This document shows positions 7,269 through 16,031 of a stretch of 18,283 bases of DNA, one piece after another. Below the pieces are notes generated by a model. That model was not told the DNA's origin. It ran no database searches and was given only the letters and a program-made list of their open reading frames with translations. The DNA is from Acaryochloris thomasi RCC1774 (GTDB taxonomy: Bacteria; Cyanobacteriota; Cyanobacteriia; Thermosynechococcales; Thermosynechococcaceae), in assembly GCF_003231495.1 (NCBI RefSeq), contig NZ_PQWO01000044.1, forward strand, positions 1 to 18,283, read 5' to 3'. Within the stretch, counting starts at the first letter, position 1. Each line of letters starts with the position of its first letter. The position numbers and the translations under genes are program-made.

Positions 7269-8068
7269 AAAACTATCTTCCTGGGACGTAAATAACGCTG
7301 GTAGGCTTCGTGAGCAATTTTCTTGCTCGCGCTGGCGATGTAGCAGAAGTTGTAAGTGCGGAGTTTTTTAAGGTCTCCTAGAATGGCAAACACGTCTGAA
7401 CATTCAGTGAAATCCTGGCCTGTCTCATCGATCAAAGCCCCTCCCATTTGTTTGAGAAATGCGATCGCACCACAGACATCCCAAAAAGCCCCTTTGCCCA
7501 TAAAAGCAAAGTCGAGTCGGGGTCGCTGACGATTGCGGGAGTCACAGCACCATAAAAGCGTAGGCACCGCCGCCCCTAATTGACGACGCTTAAGAATGAG
7601 ACCTTGAAGCTGCAGGTTTTCAAAAGTGCTATCAATACCGTAGAACTGTGCTTCGGTTAACGTGTTGAGCGGTTTGATCAGCGGGGTAACCTCTTGGCTG
7701 AAGAAGATCTCGCCGGTGAAGGGCAAGGCAATCATCCCGCTTTCGACGACACCTTCTCTCACAAAGCCAATGGAAATAGCCCATAAAGGGATTCCTGCTT
7801 TGAAATTAGCCGTTCCATCTAGGGGATCGACCACAAACCACGTTCCGTCTTGGGAGGGTTTATCTTGCTCATCTTCCTCGGCCACAATTCCCGCAGCCGG
7901 AAAGTGCTGTTCAATCGCAGCAAGAATCCTGCGCTGTGATTGCCGATCTACTTCTGAGACAAGGTCATAGGAATGAGTTTTGCTTTGGAACGTGACATTT
8001 GGATCAGTGAACGCATGCTTTTGATACTGGGCAACTTCTGCAACTGCCTGTGACAAGGCTTCAATCAT
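7265..8068 (-). CDS. Inositol-monophosphatase-family phosphatase (IMPase/SuhB/CysQ superfamily)
   Basis: Metal-site motifs VAEEDE, WFVVDPLDGTANF and WDVCGAIAFL (DPxDGT and WDxxAG signatures). Confidence 0.8.
   Translation of the reverse strand: MIEALSQAVAEVAQYQKHAFTDPNVTFQSKTHSYDLVSEVDRQSQRRILAAIEQHFPAAGIVAEEDEQDKPSQDGTWFVVDPLDGTANFKAGIPLWAISIGFVREGVVESGMIALPFTGEIFFSQEVTPLIKPLNTLTEAQFYGIDSTFENLQLQGLILKRRQLGAAVPTLLWCCDSRNRQRPRLDFAFMGKGAFWDVCGAIAFLKQMGGALIDETGQDFTECSDVFAILGDLKKLRTYNFCYIASASKKIAHEAYQRYLRPRKIVL
7461..7468. repeat. HIP1 octamer GCGATCGC
   Basis: Exact match read in sequence. Confidence 0.95.
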
Positions 8069-8112
8069 AGTTTTGGCTTGACTTAACCAAGGATGTTTGT
8101 GATTACGGGGCC

Positions 8113-8517
8113 TTAAGCTGCTGCTCTAGTAGCGGTCTGTGGGTGCTCTGTATACACAGACGGAATATCCCAAGCCTCAGCAATGCAGCCATCCACAATT
8201 CGCCATACGACAACGGCATCAAGTGCAACGAATCTGCCGTCCAATGTCATCCGATCCTGAACGTGCGTCACCAGTAGCTCATCGCCAATAGGTGTGATGG
8301 AAATCGGTTCAACCTCAAAGGTTCCCTGTGTAATGGCTTCGAGCGTTTCAAAAAAGTATTGGAGACCTTCTAAACCAACATAGTCGCCCTGGACCTCTGG
8401 CAGGTGAGGGTTGAAGAAATGCCAGACAAAGTTTGGTGCAAAAAGATTGGGATCTCTAGAGAGATCTTTAGGATCTAGTTGCTTGAGTAACGCAACATTT
8501 GGGTGCTCTTGAAGCAT
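8113..8517 (-). CDS. NTF2-like / SnoaL-like (ketosteroid-isomerase fold) small protein
   Basis: 134 aa with the alpha+beta cone pattern typical of nuclear-transport-factor-2 family proteins (..FAPNFVWHFFNP..GDYVGLEGLQYFFETL..VVWRIVDGCIAEAWD). AAGAGGA lies 9 nt upstream of the ATG. Confidence 0.6.
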   Translation of the reverse strand: MLQEHPNVALLKQLDPKDLSRDPNLFAPNFVWHFFNPHLPEVQGDYVGLEGLQYFFETLEAITQGTFEVEPISITPIGDELLVTHVQDRMTLDGRFVALDAVVVWRIVDGCIAEAWDIPSVYTEHPQTATRAAA

Positions 8518-9008
8518 AATTCAATTCCTCTTAATTGAGACCTGATATTGAACGGTAAGCCCTCCAGTCCATGCGCAGTAAGGGCCATGAGAACAAAGAG
8601 CCTGTCTCATTAATGTATTTCACTGATTTCGTTTTTGTTAACTAGCAATAGGAACAGAGTTGATGGCTAGCAGAACTAATAGTTTTAGCCAATCGCTAAA
8701 ATATTCTGCTTGGCTGCAGCCCCCAACTGCCTAGAAGAATCAATAGGTGAGCTTATACTGGCTATCTCTTTTTCTCTCGAAAATCTGTCGCAATATGGAG
8801 TATGGGATTCGCTTAACTGTTTTCAAAAAATAATTTCTAATCCTGACTAAATATGGAGTTACGAAAATATTGCCTATACAAATAGGCTAAGGGAACGTTG
8901 ATTCTGAACTAGAAATTTAGTCTTTTCTCTTATCCGAACTCTCCGCACACATATCAGAATCGGCTCAAATCTCACTGTTTTAAAAGTGATTGATGAGCCT
9001 CAATTACT

Positions 9009-10715
9009 ATGGAAAATCAGATGGTACAGCCTCGATCTGCTCAATGGTTTCTAGACTCTATCTTGACTCGCGCCTTAGATTGGAATGGAGAATGGATGCG
9101 ATGGGGAATGGGGGGAGTTGCGATCGCATCCACCCTCTTCCTCTCTCTCCCAACAACAGCAGCCGAACATATTCACTTTAAGTACGACGACCTAGACATC
9201 ACCTTCTCTGTAGAGACGCTAGACACTTACGCAAAGCTTGGACATGTAGAAGAAGAGCTAAAAGGCTATATTGCCTTACTCCCGACCAGAGCACAGGCAG
9301 ACTTACGCCGCCTCCTACAGACTCCGTTCCCCATAGAAGCGCTGGAGCTTGAGAACGTGCTCAAAGCGCCAATGGGTCAAATGATGCTGACTGAAGTCGG
9401 TCGAATTATCCAAACGCAGTCGGGAGCTAATGGCGCGATGACGTTGCAAACAGCGTTGAATTTGGCCGCCAAGGACTCGGGTGGTTTGACCCTGATCAGC
9501 CTAATGCATCACCTACAAGCCGATGTTCGGGTTGACTTAAAGCAAGTCTTTAGGCTCCTCGAGCAGCGAGACGTGATGCGGAAGCAAGCGCACGTTCTAG
9601 TTCAAGAAATGCAGCCGTCGCGGACCACGACGGAAGCGTCCTGGTCCAAATCTGATCGCCTTACTGACCTTCGTCTAGCGGGGAAACTTGGGGTATTGAA
9701 AGAAACCGTGACTGCAACTTACACTCCACAACATTTTTCAAACGAGATGCGATCGCAACGCCAGGTCACCGCAGATTTGTATCGACCTAATCGCACCGAT
9801 GACGTACCCGCTTCTGTAATCGTGATGTCCCACGGCTTAGGCGGGAACCGCGACAGTCATCTTCACTTTGCTCAGCATTTGGCATCCCACGGGTTTGCAG
9901 TGGTGGTGGTACAGCATCCTGGAAGTGACAAAGAGCAGTCGAAGGCGCTACTACAGGGGAGATCGCCCCATCTATTCGACTTTAATGCCTTCATTGATCG
10001 TCCCTCGGATATTACTCATCTACTGAACGAGCTAGAGAAACAAAACCAGACCGATTCAAGGGGGCGTCTCAATCTCCAACAGGTCGGCATCTTCGGACAT
10101 TCCTTTGGTGGCTATACGGCCCTAGCCCTTGCGGGCGCGGAAATTGACTTTGCTCAGGTTGCCCAGAACTGCAGCACTCAAAGTTTTTTGCTCAATCCCT
10201 CCCTGTTGCTGCAGTGTCGCGCTCTAGAACTGCCGCGAAAAGCCTATCAGTTCCGAGATCCTCGTGTGCAGGCAATTCTAATTATCAATCCCGTCAACGC
10301 TAGCGTATTTGGGCGACCCAGTCTCCAGCAGATCAGTATCCCCGTTCTTTGGGCTACAGGAACCGAAGACGTTGTAACTCCGCTGGAGACTGAACATATT
10401 CCTTCTTTTCAGGCCCTGACCACCCACCATAAATATTTAGGCGTTGTTGAAGGGGCAAGGCATGGCGCTTCACCGATGAGTATGGCAAGCGTTGCACCGG
10501 GAGAGACTCCCTCAGATTCTTCTGTTCTCGATGATTACCTGAATGCAGTCGGTCTAGCTTTTATGCAGGTTCATGTTCAAGACGATGACATGTATCGCTC
10601 CTATCTTCAGCCTGCTTACGCCCAATCGATTAGCCGTGAGCCATATCAGTTGAACTTTATGCCTTTGGGCATAGATACCTCAACCTCGCATCAGTTTAAT
10701 TCGCCATCGTTATAG
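9009..10715 (+). CDS. Alpha/beta hydrolase with a cyanobacterial DUF1400-type N-terminal domain (dienelactone-hydrolase / PAF-acetylhydrolase-like C-terminal half)
   Basis: Signal-like GMGGVAIASTLFLSLPTTAAEH is followed by HFKYDDLDITFSVETLDTYAKLG.. (DUF1400-like). The hydrolase core has SHGLGG and the nucleophile elbow GHSFGG (Ser codon at 10101-10103). The true start may be the ATG at 9096. Confidence 0.75.
   Translation: MENQMVQPRSAQWFLDSILTRALDWNGEWMRWGMGGVAIASTLFLSLPTTAAEHIHFKYDDLDITFSVETLDTYAKLGHVEEELKGYIALLPTRAQADLRRLLQTPFPIEALELENVLKAPMGQMMLTEVGRIIQTQSGANGAMTLQTALNLAAKDSGGLTLISLMHHLQADVRVDLKQVFRLLEQRDVMRKQAHVLVQEMQPSRTTTEASWSKSDRLTDLRLAGKLGVLKETVTATYTPQHFSNEMRSQRQVTADLYRPNRTDDVPASVIVMSHGLGGNRDSHLHFAQHLASHGFAVVVVQHPGSDKEQSKALLQGRSPHLFDFNAFIDRPSDITHLLNELEKQNQTDSRGRLNLQQVGIFGHSFGGYTALALAGAEIDFAQVAQNCSTQSFLLNPSLLLQCRALELPRKAYQFRDPRVQAILIINPVNASVFGRPSLQQISIPVLWATGTEDVVTPLETEHIPSFQALTTHHKYLGVVEGARHGASPMSMASVAPGETPSDSSVLDDYLNAVGLAFMQVHVQDDDMYRSYLQPAYAQSISREPYQLNFMPLGIDTSTSHQFNSPSL
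9120..9127. repeat. HIP1 octamer GCGATCGC
   Basis: Exact match read in sequence. Confidence 0.95.
9749..9756. repeat. HIP1 octamer GCGATCGC
   Basis: Exact match read in sequence. Confidence 0.95.
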
Positions 10716-10798
10716 ACGCAGACAGAGACATAAACCTATGCCACTTATGTCAAGTCAGCGACCCATACAGTCACGGAACATTCTGTCAGGAATACCCA

Positions 10799-11404
10799 GT
10801 GACTCTTGACCTTAACTATCTTTTACCTATGTACATTGCCCACTCGAACAAACCTATTTCACCCAGCCCAATTCTTCGGCAGTTCCAGCGTCGAGAATGT
10901 TTGCCCATGATTAAGACTCTTCTATGGAAGATTGATGTCGGTATGGTCCGAACTCTGACCTTACAAGAAAGCGGTGCTGTTATAACACTTGGCCTATGGG
11001 GCGTTGGCGATGTTGTTGGACATCCGCTGGCCGGAGTTGAACCGTATCTCATCGAATGTCTTTGTAAGGTTCAAGCGCATCGACTGCACATAGATGATGG
11101 ATTGGCGATAGATGAGGTGATGTGGTCTCACATCCATCAAAGTCAAATCTTACAAAGGATGAATTATGGCTCAATACCCGAACGCCTCAAGCAATTCTTA
11201 GCGTGGTTCGCTTATAAATTTGGGACAAAATCTGAAGAAGGATGGCGTATCCCCAACCGCCTGACACAGCAAGATATTGCAGAAGCCATTGGAACAAGCC
11301 GAGTCACCATCTGCAGATTACTTGGCGAATTAGAGCAAGGCGGAATTATTCACTCATCTAAAAAGGGTTATCTACTCAGTCACCGCTTTCAGATGGAGAG
11401 ATAG
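10799..11404 (+). CDS. Crp/Fnr-family transcriptional regulator
   Basis: cNMP-binding-like beta-roll (LWKIDVGMVRTLTLQESGAVITLGLWGVGDVVG) and C-terminal HTH LTQQDIAEAIGTSRVTICRLLGELEQGGII. The ORF-track start is a GTG, and an alternative ATG lies at 10829. Confidence 0.8.
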   Translation: MTLDLNYLLPMYIAHSNKPISPSPILRQFQRRECLPMIKTLLWKIDVGMVRTLTLQESGAVITLGLWGVGDVVGHPLAGVEPYLIECLCKVQAHRLHIDDGLAIDEVMWSHIHQSQILQRMNYGSIPERLKQFLAWFAYKFGTKSEEGWRIPNRLTQQDIAEAIGTSRVTICRLLGELEQGGIIHSSKKGYLLSHRFQMER

Positions 11405-11482
11405 CGTCAGAATTTATGTCTGTGTACCTCCAGAATTACAGTCCCGCTACTAATTGATTCAATACGGAAAAACTAATGTTAT

Positions 11483-12898
11483 TTAAATGTTTACTCCATT
11501 CGACAGCATTAGATTATAAAGCGCCTGAAGACGAGTTTTTGCCTCAAGTTTAGCGACAATATTATTGATATGAAACTTGACCGTACTGTCACTGATGTAG
11601 AGTTTTTCAGCAACGTCGCGATCGCGAAATCCCTGCACCAAAAGCGCAATCACCTCCTGCTCTCGATTAGAAAGCGTTTGCTTGCCCGAAGCATCACCAC
11701 TGAGTCCCCAGGTCTCACCTCTTGTTACGTTCTCAACAGCCTCCTGTAGCTGATCTGGCGTGATGGAGAGACTAACGTGAGCTTTCGCCTGATGCGGCGC
11801 AGCGGCGCTGTGGTCAACCCAAAGAACGCGGTCATTATCACAACTCTCCGCTAAAGATGCCTGATCGGTGAGTAGCGGTATGCGCTGGTCGTCATGATTA
11901 CAAACTATGAGTCCCGCTGAATAGGCAAGCTGAGTGAATCCCATTTGCAGCAGCGGAGACGCGCATTGAATTCGCAGAGAGAGTCCCGAACGACTGATCG
12001 AAGATGCAAATGTTAAAGAAAACTGAATCGCCTTAATGCTGTTTTCTGTATTAATTTTGAGGACGCCACCGAAACATGATGCCACTAAAGATAAATGACC
12101 AAATGTTGACCGCTCCCACTCTGCTTGCTCCTGAGCGGGTATGGAAGCGGATGCGATTGCATCTAGAACAATCGACTCTGACCCATAGGTCAAACGACAG
12201 TAGGTGCAGTCTAGCGCCTTCAGAATTTCAGCCGCTTTTAAAAAGACTTGACTCTGAGACAGCTCTAGACGCCTCTCAGTTCCTAGAACGGTCAGTGTTG
12301 TCTGACCCATGATGTAAGCGAGGTTATCAGATAGTGAAAAATCGACAAGAGTATTTTTGGTCTGCTGGGTATCTAACGTCTGCACCTTTTGTTGATGCAG
12401 TGAGGCTAGGTCTAAGGCCACGGTTAACGTTGTACAAAGGCTGGACAATATCTTTAAAAACTCTGCCTCCATAGGCCGATGGCTGAAGACCGCCAAGACC
12501 CCAATCACTCGGTCAGCATTGGCTAACGGATAGCCCGCAAAGCCTTTGAGATTATTTGCGATCGCCCAGTCTGGATCTCTAACCCAAGACTCATCTGCCA
12601 AGTTGTTGCTCAATAGAGAGACACGGTTTTGGGCAATTCTGCCAATCTTGAATGCACCCATCGGAATGCGGCTATAGGAACCATCGATACGGGTATATAA
12701 CCCAGAGGAGGCCACCAACTTCAACCTGTTGCGATCGGGTTCAACCAGCCAGATCCGAGCAAAGGCGCAGTCAAACTGTTCCACGATGCCTTGGGTTGCA
12801 AAGCGAGCAATTTTCTCAGTATCAAGGGAGGTCGAAAACTGTTGAGAAATTTTGTTGGCTTGCTCCAAGTCCCAGACCAACATTGTGTTGTTAAGCAT
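11483..12898 (-). CDS. GAF-sensor LuxR-family transcriptional regulator
   Basis: N-terminal GAF domain (FDCAFARIWLVEPDRNRLKLVASSG...GFAGYPLANADRVIGVLAVFS), an unassigned central region of ~230 aa, and C-terminal LuxR HTH LSNREQEVIALLVQGFRDRDVAEKLYISDSTVKFHINNIVAKL. The first ATG is at 12898 (the ORF track begins at a TTG, 12907). Confidence 0.8.
   Translation of the reverse strand: MLNNTMLVWDLEQANKISQQFSTSLDTEKIARFATQGIVEQFDCAFARIWLVEPDRNRLKLVASSGLYTRIDGSYSRIPMGAFKIGRIAQNRVSLLSNNLADESWVRDPDWAIANNLKGFAGYPLANADRVIGVLAVFSHRPMEAEFLKILSSLCTTLTVALDLASLHQQKVQTLDTQQTKNTLVDFSLSDNLAYIMGQTTLTVLGTERRLELSQSQVFLKAAEILKALDCTYCRLTYGSESIVLDAIASASIPAQEQAEWERSTFGHLSLVASCFGGVLKINTENSIKAIQFSLTFASSISRSGLSLRIQCASPLLQMGFTQLAYSAGLIVCNHDDQRIPLLTDQASLAESCDNDRVLWVDHSAAAPHQAKAHVSLSITPDQLQEAVENVTRGETWGLSGDASGKQTLSNREQEVIALLVQGFRDRDVAEKLYISDSTVKFHINNIVAKLEAKTRLQALYNLMLSNGVNI
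11618..11625. repeat. HIP1 octamer GCGATCGC
   Basis: Exact match read in sequence. Confidence 0.95.
12558..12565. repeat. HIP1 octamer GCGATCGC
   Basis: Exact match read in sequence. Confidence 0.95.
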
Positions 12899-13233
12899 AG
12901 TCGGCAAATCTTTAATCAGAAACGTCTCAAGAAAATAGACTGCAGATATCTAAAAAATAGAGACTCTAGCTGAGACTCTCCACAGCCTCTCTCCTCAAAA
13001 GCCTGTGACTTAAGTTTTACGAAAGATTCAACGCCTTCCGTTTGTATTGAGTGAAGGTCATCATGAACTCCCACCCAGACCTAGTCACCACAAAATAGAT
13101 AGGGGAAGTGCCTGCTCTACTGAAGGCTGGTTAGATATCGGCTCAGTCGATCCCTTGAGTCGATTTCTCCCTGCACACCGCAAGTCAGACATTGATGAAG
13201 CTTTAGCTAGATTGACAGGTTTGCTCAGCCTGT

Positions 13234-13249
13234 TGTGATTGTAAACACG
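13234..13249. promoter_or_regulatory. Imperfect CRP-like palindrome TGTGATTGTAAACACG (GTG-N8-CAC)
   Basis: Read directly, about 145 nt upstream of the S9 peptidase start. The left half TGTGA is perfect and the right half is ACACG versus the consensus TCACA. A TTGACA hexamer sits at 13212-13217. Confidence 0.2.
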
Positions 13250-13394
13250 TTCTTTCACTTGATTGCTTCTTGATTTTAGGGGCTTTGCCCACAACTTTCC
13301 ATGACAAAAGTCATTCATCAGCGTGACTTCCCGATATGGGAGGGGCTGACTGTAGCTTGCTAAATTCACACTATGGCCCACCTCTAGAGTATTG

Positions 13395-15416
13395 ATGATG
13401 CCAAAACTTCAACGATATACAGGTCTAATTCTCATGGCTAGCTTGATGGGGCTTGTTCCCCTGGTGCACATTGCTGAAGCCTCTAGCGCTGCGACCCAGC
13501 CGCCCCTAATCAAGCGAGAACTGTTCTTCTCTGACCCAGATATTTCTGGTGCCCAGCTCTCCCCAGACGGTCGATTTCTCGCCTTCCAAAAGCCATTGAA
13601 CGGAATTATCAATGTTTGGGTTAAGGGCATTAATGAACCAATGGAGGCTGCTCGTCCGATCACAGCTGATGCCAACAGCCCGATCATGGTCTATTTCTGG
13701 AGCGCCGATGGCCGCTACATTCTCTATGGTCAGGACAAAGGGGGGAATGAAAATTTTCGTCTCTACGCGGTCTCACCAGAGACGGCGGGTGATCAGACCA
13801 AGGCGCGCGACTTAACGCCCTTTGAAAACGTTGCCGCCCAGCTTTATGCCGTCCCAAAGCAGACGCCTGATGAAATCATCATTGGCCTTAATGACCGCAA
13901 CCCACAGGTGCATGATGTTTATCGGCTAAATCTGACAACAGGCAAGCGGACGCTGATTCTCAAAAACGAGCAGAACATCGCAACTTGGATGACTGACTTA
14001 AAGGGGACTGTGCGCTTGGCCTACCGACAGACCCTAGAGAGAGGCAACGAAATTCTCAAGGTCGAAGAGGGTAAACTCACGCCGATTTACACCTGCAAGA
14101 TTGAAGAGACCTGTGCCCCCATTCGCTTTCATCCTGATGGTCAGCGCGTCTACTTACAGACGAACCGAGACGTGGATCTGATTCAACTGGAGCTGCTCAA
14201 TGTAGAGACTCAGAAGAGTCAAACGGTGGAGTCTGATCCTGAAAAGCAGGTGGATTTTGGCGGTGCATTATTCTCACAGGTAACGGATGAGTTGATTGCG
14301 ACCTATTACGTGGGCGATCGCAGCCGAATTTATCCGAGAAACAACTCGCTAGCCGCTGATATAAAGTACCTCCGTCAACAGCTTCCTGATCTGGAACTCT
14401 CTGTTGGGTCTGTCACGCGGGATGATCGCCTCGCTCTGATTGATGTGCAAAGCGATATCAATCCAGGTGCGACGTACCTATTTGATCGCAAGGCCCAAAC
14501 GTTGAAAAAACTCTATGATGTGCGGCCAGACCTGCCGAACGAACACCTAGCTGCTGTCAAACCAATTCGCTATCGATCTCGTGATGGTCAAGAGATTCCG
14601 GCTTATCTGACGTTGCCCAAAGGCGTTGACCCTAAAAATCTTCCTGTGGTTGTCTTTCCCCACGGTGGACCTTGGGGACGAGATTTCTGGGGCTATAGTG
14701 GCGCAGCTCAATTTTTTGCCAATCGTGGCTATGCTGTCTTACAGCCTAACTTTCGCGGGTCTACAGGCTACGGGAAAGCCTTTCTCAATGCCGGAAATAG
14801 GGAATGGGGAACCGGCATCATGCAGCACGATATTACGGACGGAGTGAAGTATCTGATTGACCAAGGCATTGCCGATCCCAAGCGAGTTGGGATCTCAGGG
14901 ACTTCCTATGGTGGGTATGCGACTCTGGCTGGATTAGCGTTTACGCCCGATCTCTATGCTGCCGGGGCTTCGGTTGTCGGTCCATCGAACCTGATGACGC
15001 TGCTGAATTCAATCCCGCCCTACTGGGCACCGATCAAAGCCATGTTTTCTTTGCGCGTCGGGGATCCAAATAATCCTGAAGATCAGGCTCGCCTTAAGGC
15101 CCAATCTCCTTTGTTCTCTGCTAATAAAATTCAGGCTCCGCTGCTGGTGATTCAAGGCGCGAACGATCCCCGCGTTAAGCAGGCAGAATCAGACCAAATT
15201 GTGGTGGCTCTGCGAGAGCTAGGCAGACCTGTGGAATACCTAATTGCTCCAGACGAAGGTCACGGCTTCCGTAAAGAAATCAATCTATTGACGATGACGG
15301 CGGCACTAGAGCGCTTCTTCGCCCAGCATTTGGGAGGACGCTACCAAGAAGAGATGTCTCCTGAGCTTCAGGCTCAGCTCAAGACCTTGACCATAGATAT
15401 CGACACAGTGCAGTAA
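13395..15416 (+). CDS. Secreted S9-family serine peptidase (prolyl oligopeptidase / dipeptidyl-aminopeptidase / acylaminoacyl-peptidase type)
   Basis: N-terminal signal peptide (..[19 protein letters not shown]|SS) and a long beta-propeller-type N-terminal region. The C-terminal catalytic domain has GTSYGG (Ser codon at 14904-14906), then QGANDPRV (Asp) and DEGHGF (His) in S9 order. The ORF track starts at the TTG at 13392; ATG codons lie at 13395 and 13398. Confidence 0.88.
   Translation: MMPKLQRYTGLILMASLMGLVPLVHIAEASSAATQPPLIKRELFFSDPDISGAQLSPDGRFLAFQKPLNGIINVWVKGINEPMEAARPITADANSPIMVYFWSADGRYILYGQDKGGNENFRLYAVSPETAGDQTKARDLTPFENVAAQLYAVPKQTPDEIIIGLNDRNPQVHDVYRLNLTTGKRTLILKNEQNIATWMTDLKGTVRLAYRQTLERGNEILKVEEGKLTPIYTCKIEETCAPIRFHPDGQRVYLQTNRDVDLIQLELLNVETQKSQTVESDPEKQVDFGGALFSQVTDELIATYYVGDRSRIYPRNNSLAADIKYLRQQLPDLELSVGSVTRDDRLALIDVQSDINPGATYLFDRKAQTLKKLYDVRPDLPNEHLAAVKPIRYRSRDGQEIPAYLTLPKGVDPKNLPVVVFPHGGPWGRDFWGYSGAAQFFANRGYAVLQPNFRGSTGYGKAFLNAGNREWGTGIMQHDITDGVKYLIDQGIADPKRVGISGTSYGGYATLAGLAFTPDLYAAGASVVGPSNLMTLLNSIPPYWAPIKAMFSLRVGDPNNPEDQARLKAQSPLFSANKIQAPLLVIQGANDPRVKQAESDQIVVALRELGRPVEYLIAPDEGHGFRKEINLLTMTAALERFFAQHLGGRYQEEMSPELQAQLKTLTIDIDTVQ
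14314..14321. repeat. HIP1 octamer GCGATCGC
   Basis: Exact match read in sequence. Confidence 0.95.
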
Positions 15417-16028
15417 ATGCTGAAACTCAAAAAGACGCCTCCATGGCAGCAAGACTGGAAAGATTTGACCTATCTTCTTGACGGTACAGCCACTCAACAA
15501 GCTGCCTACTCTGCCCTGGACTCACTCCAGATGGCTTCTTTACTCCAGCGCTTTGATCCGATTTTGGTCGGCACTATCCCGCTGGATATTGACATTCCTG
15601 GTAGCGATCTTGATATCGTCTGCTGTACTGCCAACGTAGATGACTTTGCTCAGTTTCTATTTGAGACCTTTAGCCACTACCAGAACTTTGAGCTGCGGCG
15701 GAAACGTGTGGGTGGTGTGGAAAGTGCGATCGCAACCTTCACCCACCAAGACTTCCCCATCGAACTCTTCGGTCAGCCACGCCCCACACTGTCTCAAGCC
15801 GCCGTTCGGCATCTAGACGTGGAAGCCCGTCTTCTGCACTACAGCAGCGAGAAAGTGCGCCAGCAGATGCGTCAACTGAAAAGCCAAGGCTTCAAAACGG
15901 AACCCGCTTTTGCGATCGCCTTTTCGCTAATTGGAGACTCCTACCAAGCGTTATTGGACCTTTCGGATCAGCCGGATGAGGTGTTGATCTCCATCATCTC
16001 CGCCTCAAAACTAAACATGGAGAACTGA
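15417..16028 (+). CDS. DUF4269-type nucleotidyltransferase-fold protein, function unknown
   Basis: LVGT-x10-DLDIV (hG[GS]-x9-13-DhD NTase-like pattern; Asp codon at 15606-15608) and LKSQGFKTEPAF..GDSYQALL, which I recall as typical of DUF4269. The ATG immediately follows the S9 peptidase TAA with a 0-nt gap. Confidence 0.65.
   Translation: MLKLKKTPPWQQDWKDLTYLLDGTATQQAAYSALDSLQMASLLQRFDPILVGTIPLDIDIPGSDLDIVCCTANVDDFAQFLFETFSHYQNFELRRKRVGGVESAIATFTHQDFPIELFGQPRPTLSQAAVRHLDVEARLLHYSSEKVRQQMRQLKSQGFKTEPAFAIAFSLIGDSYQALLDLSDQPDEVLISIISASKLNMEN
15726..15733. repeat. HIP1 octamer GCGATCGC
   Basis: Exact match read in sequence. Confidence 0.95.
15912..15919. repeat. HIP1 octamer GCGATCGC
   Basis: Exact match read in sequence. 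Confidence 0.95.
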
Positions 16029-16031
16029 AGA

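Noticed and set aside
13047-13381. ORFs 13047-13238 (+, 63 aa) and 13085-13381 (-, 98 aa) in the GAF-LuxR / S9 peptidase intergenic region
   Set aside because: The two ORFs mutually overlap. One uses a TTG start. There are no RBS motifs and no recognisable domains. The region is better explained as a divergent promoter/operator region.
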